DNA of 60,270 nucleotides, the filler included, from Dugesia japonica (lineage: Eukaryota), in NCBI GenBank assembly GCA_001938525.1. It is 6 parts of 6 records of this genome, joined end to end, with 100 filler letters (N's around TTAATTAATTAA, not from the genome) between each part and the next. Parts side by side here need not be neighbours in the genome. Positions count along the whole stretch, not along the records: positions 11,699 to 20,809 come from MQRL01512242.1; positions 20,910 to 31,983 come from MQRL01588010.1; 4 more parts are not named here. The stretch is one strand, 5' to 3'. Shown here in pieces: positions 11,599 to 26,099 of the stretch. Both the position numbers and the translations under genes were made by a program. Positions within the stretch are counted from its first letter, which is position 1. Every line of letters begins with the position of its first letter. Under the pieces are notes generated by a model that searched no databases, was not told where the DNA came from, and worked only from the letters and a program-made list of their open reading frames with translations.

Positions 11599-11698
11599 NN
11601 NNNNNNNNNNNNNNNNNNNNNNNNNNNNNNNNNNNNNNNNNNTTAATTAATTAANNNNNNNNNNNNNNNNNNNNNNNNNNNNNNNNNNNNNNNNNNNN

Positions 11699-12332
11699 AA
11701 CTTACCAGAAAAATAATTCTTAAGTGAAAATTCATACACAACTGAATCTCGAAGAAAAAAGCAATATTACTCCATCTTTATTATTGGAAAATTACCGAAA
11801 AATCGAGAATATCCACGGTAAATATTTAACCATATAAAATTTAAGTTGCAACAATTTCTGACTCAGAAGGATCTACAAAAATGGGTAGAAGAAGTAGGAA
11901 ATGAACTCAACCAGATGTGCTTGATCCGGATTGAGTTTGCAGTCCATGTTAGTTTATTTTTATTCATGTAATTCTAATGTAATGGGTGGAATTAATAANN
12001 NNNNNNNNNNNNNNNNNNNNNNNNNNNNNNNNNNNNNNNNNNNNNNNNNNNNNNNNNNNNNNNNNNACCAGTAACTAAAATCAACTGAGTAGTTATCAAA
12101 ATTTAGCGAGTACTACGAAATATGAACCCAAACCATAGGGGTACGAGTCTGTACTCGAGCTACGAGTCAACGGCTTCATCAAGAAGATCTGGATTTTTTT
12201 TGGGGACACCAGATTCAAATTCATCGCGAGGTTTTACCTGGTCAATTACCCTAGACTAAATTTCATATAAAGTTCGACCACCCTAGATTTAATCACATAA
12301 GAAATCAACCCAAAAAGGGTAAAACCCCAACA
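11699..12332 (+). mobile_element. 3' part of TGTTGGGG...CCCCAACA LTR family copy
   Basis: Highly similar to 34760-35396 and ends AAAACCCCAACA. Confidence 0.85.
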
Positions 12333-13069
12333 TTATTATTAGAATAATTTTTTATATTACGCAATGAAGTATTCAAATCATTTTGTCACAGTTTATTGGA
12401 TTAAAAGAAGAAAGCTAACTAAACAGATTTCATAGATTTACTAAAACTAGAAAACATTATCTTTTGAAAAACTATAATTTCCCAAATAGTGAATTTATTG
12501 ATAATGAAATGTTTTCTTTTGGAATTCTAATACTTTTTTATTTTTGATTTGTTTTATCAATATTTTTAAAAAGTATTTTTATAACGAATCACTCAACAGT
12601 TTGCTGGATAGATTTAACCTAAAACAGTAAAAAAAATTTTAAAACAATTAGAAAATATCCCGTCAATTATTTCAAACATAACCAAACATACAAACAAACA
12701 AACAATTTGCAAAACTAATATTTGAAAATAAAAAAAATCCAAATTTAATTGTGATTACGTTTAACATAATCTATTAAGGAAATTAAAAAATAATTATGAT
12801 GACAATCATTTACATCAATCCAATAAATCACAAATGAGAAATCCTTGTTTTGGCATTTTATTATGATCGGGTGTCTCGCGTTTTTCGAATAATTGTTCAA
12901 ATTTACAAATTGAAAATTGGGAAAAAATTATGGCATGAAATGAAATGATTAGTTGTCAGTTTGGGACTGTACTGATTTAATTGTTAACAGAAAATGATAA
13001 TCATTATTAAACTGAAAATGGGCGAGATTTTGCCATTATTCAACCTTACAGCTTATTTGCATTTAAATT

Positions 13070-13119
13070 ATTATTGTCATTGTTATTTATTATTACTATT
13101 ATTATTATTATTATTATTA

Positions 13120-13155
<36 letters not shown>

Positions 13156-13220
13156 TATTATTATTTATTANNNNNNNNNNNNNNNNNNNNNNNNNNNNNN
13201 NNNNNNNNNNNNNNNNNNNN

Positions 13221-13282
<62 letters not shown>
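13070..13282. repeat. (ATT)n microsatellite spanning a gap
   Basis: Direct observation. Confidence 0.95.
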
Positions 13283-13283
<1 letters not shown>

Positions 13284-14239
13284 TTTACTAATATAACTGA
13301 AGATGAAAATTCAGTGACAACTTACATAAACAAAAAATATTAATTGACAAAACGATTTGATACCACACGATATACAGATACAAAGCTATTCTTTAATTTT
13401 TTATTTCATAGTAAATTGTAATCAATAAATTAGTGAATTGATCAATTATCAATGAATCAGTAAATAAATCTATCAATCAGCCAGTCAATCAATCAATCAA
13501 TAATTGCAATTTTCATGTATTAATGATTGAAATTGTTTTTCTATATTTTGAAAATGAGAATTATGGTAATTATAAATATAATTAATATTTTAATAACTAT
13601 TAATAATTATTATTTTTCATAAATATAGAAAAGTTAGAAACATAAATCTTGGAATTAGTCAAACAATATTACAATCAAATAAAAATTAAAGTTGTAGAAC
13701 CATTACAGTTCAATATTTCTGTGGTAAATAAAATTCAGCTTTGTCTTCTATTACCATGAATTTAGATTTGGTAATTGAACAAATGATTGAAAATATTGAT
13801 AGAAATTATTATAAAAGTGAACTTCAATTAAATCCCACAATTAATCAATGTAATAATAACATTATTCTTTTTTTTAAAAGAAATATGATTAAAATAATTA
13901 AATAAAACAAGATTTTGTTGAATATTTATTTTATAACATAATCACATCAAATTTTATGGAGTTGAATTTTATTTGTTGATAATCGGAAAAATACTCAAAA
14001 CTCATCTAATAATTTTTATTTATTTTAAATTTAAAAGTTGTTAATAATTCTTTGGTAAATTCATAAAAATATAAAGCAGTTAATTAAATTTTTGTTATAA
14101 TCAAAAACATGTCTTTGCTATTGTTATGAGTAATAACATTGTAAATGCAACAATATACTACTTTGCAGTACTTTAAAATTATTTTATCAAAAAATTATTT
14201 CTTGTCACAACTAAATATACTGCGTTGCGGTATTTAAAA

Positions 14240-14410
14240 ACTTTTGATACACACTTACAAAAGGGATAGAGAAATTAGGATATACGCATACATTGGGGAT
14301 TGAAAATGTTAATACACACATACAAAGGTGGTAGAAAATATATGATACACTCATAGAATGGGGATAGAAGTATTAAAATACATGCATATAAAGGTGAAAG
14401 AAAAATTATG
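14240..14410. repeat. Degenerate ~35-bp tandem repeat
   Basis: Recurrent ATACACACATACAAAGGGATAGAAA-like units. Confidence 0.6.
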
Positions 14411-15569
14411 ATATATTTACTAAGAAAATAGAAAATTATTTTTGCTACTGAAAATTATAAAAGTAGTTACTTTTTAAAATTTTTCACAATTTTCAAAAAA
14501 TTATTTTTAAAAGCGACAATTTTTTATAAGTAAGTTTTTATTATTTTCATCTTTTTTAATATAAATTTATTTAGATTATGACCATAAACCTTTTGAGAAC
14601 ATTGTTGACCGAAGAAAAAGTAAACTAATGATTTTCATTATTATTATTAATTATGAATATGAATTTGTTAAGTTTAATAATAGATAATGTAAATTTGTTG
14701 ATATTATTTAATAACTATTTATTTTATAAATGAATTATAATAATTCCCATCAAAACTCGAGAGGTATCAAGAGGAAGAGTTTAGTTAACGTTATTTTTTA
14801 TTAACACTAGATAGTTTTTAAAATGATTTTTTTTCGTATTATGATGCTTCTGTTGCTGCTACTCCTATTTATGATAAAAGTTAGTTTATATTTATTTTAT
14901 AATATATTTTACGTTAATTTTTAAAAAAGCCTTTAATAATTTTTGTTAATGAATTTTTAATAGTAATCTTGAAAAACTATTTTAATGTTAAACTTTTGAA
15001 TTTCATGATATTATTAATATTTTTTGATAATTTTATAACATCTAAGACAAATTATTTATTCCAGAATGTTGTAAAATATACAATTATTATTGTGCAAATC
15101 TGACTCATAATCTCGACTACCATAATAATATGGAGAAATATTACGGTCAGTGTTTATATGAGGAAAAGTAATAAATATGTCCATCATGTAGGTTTTTGGG
15201 AATAGGTGAATATTTAGAATATTATAGATTGCATGCAGACTACTTAGAGCAGTTTATAATAAATAAATAAAAAATTATTAAGAATGATATTAGATATAGA
15301 GATAGATAGACCACCAACGAAAAAATAAAAAGAAGATAAAGAAATGAAGATGGACTCTCTAATAATTGAAGATGACCAATTTTCAAATCAACGATGAAAT
15401 TTATGAAAAAGTTGTTACCATGCAAAGTTTTATAAATGAAGAAAAGGTACAAGTTTGTGGCTCCAGCAATGAAGAAAATAGAAAGTGACTTATATAAATG
15501 TCACAAGATAATAAAGATGGATGTTTCAAGATGGAATACGAGATAAATCGTTTTAACAAACTCCTTAAC

Positions 15570-16330
15570 TGAGCAGTGATTCAAAGTTATTGAAAAATTA
15601 AAAAATTTCAAGATCCGATTTGGAATAAATGTTAAATTTGAAAAAGAGGACGAAACAAAAACTTGTAGATTGTCGAATCAAGCGGTTTCAATGAGCGATT
15701 CTTTTTTCGAAGATGAAATAAAATAATTAAATGAGAAGATAGCTGTAAGAAGCGAGCTTGGGTCTAGTTGAATACTAAGCCATATATTGGAAATAAATTT
15801 TACAATTAACAAGGTATCAGATATCAGCAGACTATCGTGACATAGCTATATTCCAACACCAAAACACTTGGAAAATAAAAGAGCCATCCTAAATATTCAG
15901 AATAATGACAATATGTGTTTCATATACAGCATTCTGACTGTACTCTAAAAAGATAAAGTTGGAAAAGGTCATAGATATCGAGCTGCAAAATATAAAAAAT
16001 ACATATCTGATGTTGTATTCGATGAAAGAGACTTGCCCATAAAGCTCGCAAATATAGCAAAATTTGAAAAGTAAAACCCGGGCTTATCAAGTAATGTTTT
16101 CTCCTGGAATTCACAATCAGTGGACGACGATGATGATGTTACCATGAAGCATCCGATTTTAGACATAATACATCGGTCTAAAAAATCAATTTATTGTTAT
16201 TGAAAGATTCCAACAAATTTCATTACACTCCCATAATGAATTTGAATAGATTGATGAACAGAGATATTAAAAAGGGTAGAATAAGTGTACAATCAATCTG
16301 GTGCAAAGATTTTCTTAATGGATTCTAGGA
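15570..16330 (+). pseudogene. Polinton/adintovirus-type protein-primed DNA polymerase B, N-terminal region
   Basis: SYIPTPKHLENKRAILNIQNNDNMCFIYSIL..LPIKLANIAKFEK*NPGLSSNVF..INLLLL..HYTPIMNLNRL; multiple stops. Confidence 0.8.
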
Positions 16331-17746
16331 TAATACGCTTACAAGACTCGAGTCAATTTGTGAGATAATTCAGACAGGCACCACACGAATGCAAGTTAAT
16401 CAACGACAGTGCAACATAAATGCAAGTATACAAAGAGCGTGAGTAATAAATGTGCGCGTTAAACAATGACAATGCAATAAGAATACAAGTTAAACAAAGA
16501 AAATGCCATACAGTTGCAACAATCATCAATATAAACAAAATCAACGTTCTTTCATTATATTAACAATGAATTTAGATAAAGTTTAAGATGAAATGGTTGA
16601 ACAAATAGATATAAATTATTCTCATAAAAATAAATAAAGTTTTGTAGAAATTAAAGAAAAAGAATGATCTTCATCATGAGATGAATAAAAGGAAACATTT
16701 CTTAAGGGTAAAGGTAAAATATATTTATTAAAAGTGTTATTTAAAAATTATCAATTAAGAAAATATTCAAGATAATTTAAAAATGGTTGAGGAAGAATAA
16801 ATTTTAGTTAAAAAACGTACGAACATTTTGGAAAAATCAACTGATATATTTGACAAAGGTTTCATTTAATTTGAATTAAATTATTTAAATTATTTTTAGA
16901 GTTGTTGATTGGATTACATAAGATGTTTTATCCAAAACTAAGAGAAGAAATAGTATACTGCGCACTGGAATTGTTATGGTTTACAATTAAACAGATTACC
17001 GTATTTGAAATATACATGGTTATGGATATATTTTAAAATTATCACAATGATGATAATAAAGATAAGAAGAAAAATTTGAAAAGGAAATTTATAGATGCAA
17101 TAAGTCCTAATTTTAATAATAAACATTAACATTATTTATATGTTATCAAATAAATATATGTTTTAAAATAGTATTTTTTCTTCTTTAATATTGAAACCAA
17201 TAAATTTTTTAAAAATAAAAAAATAAAAAACTCAATTTAATAAGACAGTAAGCATTTTAAGATACAAAATTATGAAACAATCGTATCTTACTTTATAATT
17301 TCCTACCTAATCATAAAAATAAAAATTTTTTTTGTTCTAGTTCCTTAATTTGTATAGAAACAAACAACTTTTAGATAATATTCGTCTATATAATTTATAG
17401 ATCTTTTTTAATTCTTAATAAAAGTATACAAGAATTAAATTTTAAAAATTAAAAATGGCGTTTGTATCCTCTTTCTAAAATTCCTTTGTTTAATAACTTT
17501 TTATGATTACGTCACCGGAAATGTTTTCATTTACCAATTTAATTGAAAATAAAGAGCGCGTCGTAAAAAATCAAGTTTGGTGCAATAATCTTAAAAAAAT
17601 CTTACAAAAAATAATAAATAAATAAAAAAAATAAATAAAATCTTACAAAAATAAAAAATAATCTTACAAAAATCTTAATTCCTTTGTTCCCATTTTTTGA
17701 CGAGAAAGAATCATTTTAAGATACGAGTTTATCAGACATTCCTGTC

Positions 17747-18302
17747 TTAGTCGTTATTATACTCTTTTCTAATGGCATGGATTTGATTGGTCCGACTCAA
17801 CTTCTTTGTTTCTTGTCCAATTTTAAAATTGTATCTTCTCTCTTCTAGTCTTGGTTTATTAATGTTCGAATAACATTCTTTCGCTCTGTGATCCAGTCTT
17901 TTACATCTACCGCATACAATTTCTGTGCTCATTCTTCTGACGTATAATCCTTCGTCAGCTCTTTATTTGCTTAATATGCATCGATCAAATCTTTCACTTC
18001 TTAAAGAACACCTCAGGGTTTTACCATCATGCCGATAGCTTACAAGTTTCTGCAAAACTTTTATTACATCTCTCTTGCTCTCAAAAGTCATTTATCTCGA
18101 TATCCGTCCACTTTCTTTAATATTTTCACATATGTTTCCATTAAATTTTCGTCAAGCGCTCCCGATCTGTCTTATTAACGATGTTCTTCGCCTCGAAGTA
18201 TATTTCACACCGTTTAATAAACTTCTCTAGATCATCGCCTTTACAAAATATTTTTGGCAACGATTTCTCTTTGATCGCATCGGTGTTTACCGCTGCCACC
18301 AT
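17747..18302 (-). pseudogene. gag: Second gag remnant homologous to 10557-11598 (internally deleted), with PBS
   Basis: MVAAVNTDAIKEKSLPKIFCKGDDLEKFIKRCEIYFEAKN...CGRCKRLDHRAKECY. Confidence 0.8.
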
Positions 18303-19634
18303 ATTATAAATATGTTGTCATCAAATATGTTATGTTAACATAGCATAAATATTTAAAATTTTAAATAGTTTTGCAGTTTTAAAAGTCAAATATTATTTTA
18401 AAAGAGATTGAAATTATTTAAAGTTAAAAAAATAGTTTACAATTACAATTAGTACTTGAATAATTATGTATTTACCATTGATCAAATTTTTAAATTTAAT
18501 TAAAATACGTACATAAAAAAATCTTTCATTGAAAAATAATTTAATTTATTATATTTAATTTAAATTTATTTTGAAAAGTTTTAAATATTTTTAACTTTGT
18601 TAATTAATTAGTTTCTCACAAATCCCTAAGTAATAATTTAATTATTTTATTTTCAACTTACCGGATATATAAAACATACTTCTTATTTAAAATATTTTTA
18701 ATTTTTAATAAATAACAAGTTTTAAATATTAAAAATTTATTCTATCAAAATAAAACTTTTATCAGATTGAATTTATATTTTTTTACAATAAGTTAGTAGA
18801 TAGATACCAGTGCACATAACCAGTGACGAATTCATCTAAACTATACTGTGCTGAAAATTTGAGCAATTTAATTGGCCGATAAAAATACATGAAAATTTTT
18901 TCGATTTTGGTTTATCATATTTTTGGCCAGGAGCTCAAAACTTTGCATTTTCGGAATTTAATTTTTAAGCTAATTTTTATGACTTCAAATTTAGTATGGA
19001 TGAACTTGTAATTAAGTTATGCATAAGAATTTAATTTTACTTTTCTCAAATCATGTTTGGTTGTCTCTACAAGTGTCGTGGCGCACTGGAACAGTTTGAC
19101 TTGTTTTATAAATTTATAAGTCAAAACTCATTCTATCGCTACCATGTCCCACCTTAAATTATTAACTCTGGAAATACTTCCGATAAGCAAACAAATTTAG
19201 TATCGTTGAACTCAGAATAAAAATCTGAACATATTTTATAAATTATTTAGTGTATTAAATTTCTTCGTTCAAGAAATAATATTTAATTATATAATTATTT
19301 AAAAATTATAATTATAATCAAAATAATAAAAATTTTTAAAAATATTTTTATATAGTTTAACTCAGAATTAAAAAATATCTATCGTGGCTTAAAAAACTAC
19401 CACTGAAAATTATTTATATGAAAATTGAGTAAGAGTAATTGAGTAAGTTATAATTATAAGTTATTTTAAGAAGAATGATTTACAATATGAAGTTAATTTA
19501 CAGCTAATGAAGTTAATATCAGATCGGCAAATAGAAATTAAATTTCCTCGCAGTTTAAAGTAATGAATAATAAAATGGTTAAAGAAGTGAAAAAGATTTT
19601 GATGAAGGGAAGAGTTACAACGATTAAAAAAAGT

Positions 19635-19671
19635 CAATACCTGACGAAGACAAGGTCGAAATATCGAATTG
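19635..19671 (+). ncRNA. Minimal type I hammerhead ribozyme in a Penelope-like pseudo-LTR
   Basis: CAATAC-CTGACGA-A-GAC/AAG/GTC-GAAA-TA-TC-GAATTG; the downstream ~120 bp match 35994-36110 in reverse. Confidence 0.75.
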
Positions 19672-20914
19672 TTATCCAATATCAATAAAAAACCCAAATA
19701 TTTGATCAAAGCTTTTATATTAAATGAATTCTTTAAAACGATCAATGGTTATTTCCAATAATTATTCTCGCAATAATTGCAATTGTAAAACGATTAATAT
19801 TTGGTTTAAATATTATTAGAAATAGTTGTAATTTTGATTCTTAATAAATATTCTAATTTAATGAAGCTAAATGTTGAAAGTAATGTAATTATCATCAATA
19901 AAAAAATTCTTACCAAATATAAAGTAAGGCATAGAGCAAAAATATATAAAATAAGAAAACACTTGAGAAAGAAAATGTAGTAGTGGGATAAGTACACACT
20001 AAGCCACTTGGAATTTTTTACATAGAAGTATCACAAAATTTATAGAGATTGTATAGAAATCACTAAATATTTTATAAAATTACACATAACTCACTAAATT
20101 GCATAGAAGTTGATAAAATTTTAAAAATCCTCTGTAAAACAATGGAAAAATAATTAGAAAAATTGCATAGAATTCATTAAAAAGTTTAGGAAACTGCATA
20201 GAAGTTGCTTAATATTTTTCTAAATTGCATAGAAGTCATTAAACAAATTTGAAATGGTTCAGTGTCTGCCTATTCCCCTACTATATGTTGCTAAAATGTG
20301 TGCTAAAATTAATCCAGTGTAGTCCATGAATCCGTTGTAAAATATAAACAGTTTTCAAAAAATAGGTTTGAAAACTATTTTACTTTATAGGTTCAAACAC
20401 ACTGTGAAATATATTATTCGTAAAGATTTTCAATGAAATTTGGAATCAGATTAAAATCATCATTTATAAACTTTTTAACTCTAAACCAGATGATGTAGAT
20501 CTAATTCAGCATTTATTTATATAAAGAATCTCCAATAAAATTAAAACATAATATTTGTGTAAAATATTTTTGTTTCAGCATATTATTTCTTATATTAGAT
20601 CTAGAAGTTAATTTTGCGGATTTTCTTTGTTTAAATATTTCATTTTATAAATAATAATTTATCAATTTTTAAAAATAAATTTTAGATAAGTATTATTCAA
20701 GCTTTTAAAAACATTAATTGGTATGATTTGTAAATGTTTAATTTTATTTTGATTCTCATTTTAGTATTACCATGTATCAACCAACAAAAGAGCACTTGCG
20801 GCATTCATTNNNNNNNNNNNNNNNNNNNNNNNNNNNNNNNNNNNNNNNNNNNNTTAATTAATTAANNNNNNNNNNNNNNNNNNNNNNNNNNNNNNNNNNN
20901 NNNNNNNNNAGTTT

Positions 20915-21662
20915 TCAGGTTCTGGAAGAAACAAACCAAATGCCACCAAAATGGGAGGAAGTTAGTAGGGAACAGTATTAGAAAGCCTTATAGATGTAGG
21001 AAATATTCAATTGTACAAGTTTACTGTACTATATGATGTTATATTTAAAGCTACATGTGTATTTGTTACAGATTTTTTCTAGCAATTCCGTGCAAAGTCT
21101 TTAGCTCACAGTAACTTGGAGCCATTGAATTTCTTTGGAAAACCTGGAATGTCATAGGCATCTGCGTTGATGTCATTAGAAAAACCGATTGAGTTGCTCC
21201 AAGATAACGAGATGTATACCTTTTTTGAAGGAGGTATAAGAGGAGAGGTTAACATTCGTTAACAAGCACCATGTTGCCACCAGTGAAAATGTTGACCTTT
21301 TGTATATGGATATTAATAATCTATATAGATGGGCCCTTAGTCAAAAGTTGCCCTTTGCTAACTTTGAATGGGTTTATGATGGATAAGATAGGGTGTTGGA
21401 AGAGTGTAAAAATGCAGACTTAGATTCATTGGCATATGGATACACTCTAGAAGTGGAAATGGTGATTCCTTCAGAAATTCATGATTATTTGAATGATTTG
21501 CCGGTTGCAGCAGAACATAGAAGCGCTCCATGTTGTAAAGTGAAGAAATTAAAGTTAATGCACTACTCTTAGAACAATTACGTAGTGCACTGGAGATTGC
21601 TTCAAATGTATTTAAGTTTAAGGGTTCAAGTAATAGAGGTTCATTTAGGAGTTAAATTCAAA
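20915..21662 (+). pseudogene. Polinton/adintovirus-type pPolB palm region
   Basis: LYLKL.V.LL..F..FR..PGMS..AL..IELLQDNEMYTFFEGGIRG..LLYMDINNLYRWALSQKLP..GYTLEVE..HDYLNDLPVAAE..NYVVHWRLLQ. Confidence 0.85.
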
Positions 21663-22290
21663 TTGCTATGTAAATAATACACTCATAATCCTTATAATTC
21701 ATGGTTGCTATGTAAATAATACAAGTTAACTATGTAAAAAAACAGACTCACAAACAATATAATACATGGTTACTATGTAAATAATACATACAAAAACCAT
21801 TAAACGGTTGTTTTCTAAATAATATACTCATAAAATTTATAATACATGGTTGCTATGTAAATAATACAAGGTAACTATGTAAAAAATACATACTCATAAA
21901 CCAAATAATACATAGTTACTATGTAAATTATACACATAAAAATTATATGTTAAATGGTTGTTTCGTAAATATTACATGTTACCTAAGCAAATAATACACT
22001 CGCAAATCTTTTAATCCTTATTATACAAGTATATTATTTTAATATTTCCACCATAAGTCTTATATTTTACAGTTTTTACGTAAATAATAATATGGAAATA
22101 ATATACTCATAAACCTTATAATACAGGGTTACTATGTATTAATACACTGATAAATCCTAAAATACACGGTTAATATGAAAATAATACACACAAAAACCAT
22201 ATATTAAAAGGTTGTTATGTAAATAATACATGGTATCTAAAAAAATAATATACTAATAAACATTATATTAATACACTCATAAGTCTAATA
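21662..22290. repeat. Satellite-like array (ATGGTTRCTATGTAAATAATACA core)
   Basis: More than a dozen degenerate copies alternating with CTCATAAACC-like spacers. Confidence 0.8.
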
Positions 22291-22849
22291 TTTCATAAGC
22301 CTTATATTTCGCTCTTCTTTCTTTTACCTCTTTTTTCTATTACCCTCTTCCTTATTTTACCTCTTCTTTTTTACACTTTTCTTTTACCCTCTTTTTACTT
22401 TTACCATGTACCTTTTTTCCTTTTACCCTTTTCTTTTCTTTTACACACTTCTTTTTTTTACCTAAAATATGATTTTTTATAGAAAACTGTCACTAGTAAT
22501 ATTTTTTTATAGAAAATTGACACTAGCTTATATGTTTTTTAAGAAAAAAGTTCTATGTGTTAATCATCTTGTAAACAAATATTTATCATGTAAATGTCGC
22601 AAAGACTCCCTTTTATGTTATTTTTTAATAGTTATATTTTCTAACGTAAATATCTCCGACTCCCCTCTTTGAAGTTTTTGATAGATATTTTTATCATGTA
22701 AATATCTTTGAAATTTTTGGTTTTTATTAATAAACTCAATAGGTATGCAACTCAGATGCCACAAGATTGCAACACACAAACACTGAAAATCATGTCTGAG
22801 AATTTTTAATAAATTTCCCACCAAAATGAATTTGAGGCTACCCTATTCC

Positions 22850-23430
22850 TTGCAAATTATCAAGACTGTCCCATCTAAAGCAAAATATAAAGAAAAATAA
22901 TCAATAATTCCTCAATCTCTTTAAAATATCAAGACTACTCAATATCCTGCAATAATATCAAAACTGACACATCTAAAGTAAAATATAAAGAAAAATATTC
23001 AATAATGCTGCAATCAAGTCTGCCCCATACCATTTAAAATATAGAGACTTTCCATACCATTCAAAATATGAAGACTTCTCATACCATGCATAAATATCAA
23101 GACTCACCAATATCTTGTAATAATGTCTTACAAAATATAAAGACTACCCGATATCTTGTAATATTATCTTACAAAATATCAAGACTGCCCCATTACCTGC
23201 TAAATATAGACACTGTCCCATACAAAATATAGAGACTAATCCATGCAAAATATCAAGACTGCCCCATACCATGCTAAATATAGAATCTCCTCCATCTCAT
23301 ACATAATAAATAGGCTTCCCATAACATGCTATATATAGATACTCCCAGTTACTAAATATAGAAACTCCCCATGCTAAATATTAAGACTGCTCCTTCTCAT
23401 AAATAAATATAAGGTCTGCTCAAAATAAAT
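22850..23430. repeat. Degenerate ~30-bp tandem repeat (AAATATCAAGACTGCCCCATACCATGC-like)
   Basis: Recurrent ATATCAAGACT/ATATAGAGACT units. Confidence 0.8.
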
Positions 23431-23639
23431 TTTAATTTCCCATGCAAAAATAAATTTTTGAATTTCCCACCAAAAGAATATCAAGACCTCCCTCTTTCCG
23501 GTTCAAAAAATACTAAAAAATACTCAAAAATACATAATTTTTACAAAAATACCATTACTTTCATCTAATTCATCATTTTAAGCAAAATACAGCATTTTTA
23601 ACCAAAAAAAACATTATGTCGTCACACCCGTCCAACAGA

Positions 23640-25550
23640 AAAATTTCAAATAATTATTAAATCATCCGATTATTAATTTTCTCTCCAAAGATACCACTCT
23701 CAACATAGGAATCCAAGAAAATTTCAGAGACACATTTATGGTAATTCGTTTTCAGAGCTGATTTAAGAATTAGCAATGGCAAAACAAGAGACTAAAAAAA
23801 AATTCGCAATATTCGAAATCAGAGTAAGAAATCTGATAGATAATATCATGAATTCAGGACTAAGTAAAGATGAAATAATTAATGAAGTTCTTTCAAAGAA
23901 GGTGAAAAATACAAAATTGAAAGAAACATTGACAACAAGACCTGATATTAAGATCTCAGAAATAAGATCCCTAGCAAGGGACGTTATCTAAGAATCGCTG
24001 AAATGGAAGATATCTGTATGACACAAAAACTACGAGTTATGCAAATGTAGTGAAACCATACTTGAATAGAGTTGAAAAGGATAGACATAAAATACGTGTA
24101 AATAATTTGCCAGTTAAAAGAGTTTATGAGAGGAACACACAACCAGTGATGATGGAAGACAGAACACAAGACTAGAACCAACAGAATCAATGGAATAATT
24201 GCCAAGATGTTTTTTTGATAGACAGTGAGGATTTCCTGAACCTCGTAAAGAAAAACTCTAAGAAGGACAATTTTATTGCTCTGGATAACATGAGTATAAG
24301 AGATATCAATACTCATTAAAAAATGAATGTTTGATTTACGGCAAGTCAGGTAAAAAATTTAGATCTTGTTTGATTTTTGATCAAGAGCAATTGTACCATT
24401 CAAAAGACGACGATGAGAGCGTGACAGATCATGATATAGTACTGGGAAAAAACCAGAATGACTCCATTGTTTACATTTTGTCAATGGAGTCAGAGTTGAA
24501 AAAGATAAAATAAATCGAAATGATAATGAAAATAGGGAGATGTTTGAAAAAGAAGGTGAGCGAAAATGGAGTAAAGTAGATGTTAATAGAGTAAAGTTAG
24601 AAATGTTATGGGATTCGGGAGATTTGGCGACAATCATGAGTAAAAACTATTGGATTAAAATTGGAAAACCGTTGTTGTTGTTAATAAGGAATGAGAAAAA
24701 CCGTTGGGTTTAGCAGAATTAAGTATACAGTAGAACAAAAAAATCAGGAAAATTAAAGTCATCATAGTTAGACAGATTCACCCAAAATTAATAGGCGGTA
24801 TTGATGCAATGCAAAGTTTTAAAGTAAAATTAACAGCAATTAACATCGAAAATGAGTCTGAAGGTAACAAATTCTGATGAAAATAGAAAGAATAACGCCT
24901 CGAAGTTGTTTAAAGAAATAGATAACGGAAAAATGGTTCAGTTGATGCAGAATTTTGGTGAGGTATTCATGGCTTCAAAGTTCAATATTAAGCAAACAAA
25001 AAAAGTAATACATGAAATAGAAGTTAAAGGAGATATAATAGTACAGAACCCTAGAAGACAACCGATGCATTTAGAAAAGAAAATTGAAGATATAATTAAA
25101 GAATTAGCAAAGATTGGTGTGATCAGCAAGTTTAATATTCCTTGGAATTCTCCATTAGTGAGTGTAGCTAAAATAATGACTCTATAAAAATAAAGTAAGA
25201 AAAAAGTCTTTTTTTCAGTGCCAGACATTCAGTTATTATTAGATTGTTTATCTGGCTCGAAAATATTTTCATCTATTTATCTGAGCCAAGCTTATTACCA
25301 AGGGAAGTTAACTGAAAAATCAAGGGATGTCACTGCTTTCAGTACAAAGGAAGGTCAATTTAGATTTAACAAAATGCATTTTGGATTAGCTACAGCACCA
25401 GCCACTTTTCAAAGGTTAATGCACGAGTTATTGGAACGATTAATTTTGAAAATAGTTATTGCATATCTGAAAAGATATCTGGTGTACGGAAAAACTTTAG
25501 AGGATCACGATAAAACTTTGGAGACAGTCTTTTACAGAATCAGAGAAATT
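23640..25550 (+). mobile_element. Degenerate Gypsy gag-PR-RT remnant
   Basis: EMLWDSG protease-like motif, PWNSPLV, YLSQAYYQ..TAFST..MHFGLATAPATFQRLM; truncated after the RT core. Confidence 0.85.
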
Positions 25551-25554
25551 TCGT

Positions 25555-25900
25555 ATTTTAAATCCCCTTCATTGATTCGTTTATTATATTTGAATACAAT
25601 TCTTTTCAGGTTATTTTGATTTTCAAATTTCGGAATATTGGTGAGCTTTATTGGCATCTTCTGCTCATTAGATTTTAATTCATTTAAAAAGCATTCATAT
25701 TTTTGTGGAGATGATGATTATTTTTGACTTCATCATATTTTTACACTATAATACTGTAAATAAAGCATTTATTATTTTTATTCTGAACATTAATGATTAC
25801 CTTTGATTCTTTAAATGATTTTGGATGTGCAATATACAATCTTTTTGATTTAAAAATGGTATAATGGTGTATATTTCACCAAAATAAATTTAAGCTCCCA
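25555..25900 (-). pseudogene. Second pPolB N-terminal fragment, divergent from the Polinton integrase
   Basis: YIAHPKSFKESKVIINVQNKNNKCFIYSII..KYECFLNELK..MPIKLTNIPKFENQNNL; homologous to 15850-16110. Confidence 0.75.
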
Positions 25901-26099
25901 TATTCTTTTTATTTTCTAACCACTACTGAATTCACAGTAAATTATAAAATTCTACTACTTAACAAGCCTGACAAAAATTACCGCCTAAAAAGTCTATAAA
26001 AATTTCCCCAACTAAATGCACATTAAAAATAAAAAATACTGGATCACTTATGTAGTAATCTTGCGACGAGATTAATTACGTTATGAAACGCACACAAAT

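Noticed and set aside
11643-11654. TTAATTAATTAA islands inside N runs (also 20854, 32028, 41917, 51631)
   Set aside because: Identical six-frame-stop palindrome flanked by similar-length N runs: a scaffolding linker, not biology.
12994-13343. Poly-Leu/Ile/Tyr ORFs (also ~42455-42682, 48804-49220, 59497-59907)
   Set aside because: Translations of (ATT)n microsatellites and N gaps.
21662-22290. Repeat-spacer pattern resembling a CRISPR array
   Set aside because: The spacers are similar to each other, the repeats are degenerate, there are no cas genes and the context is eukaryotic.
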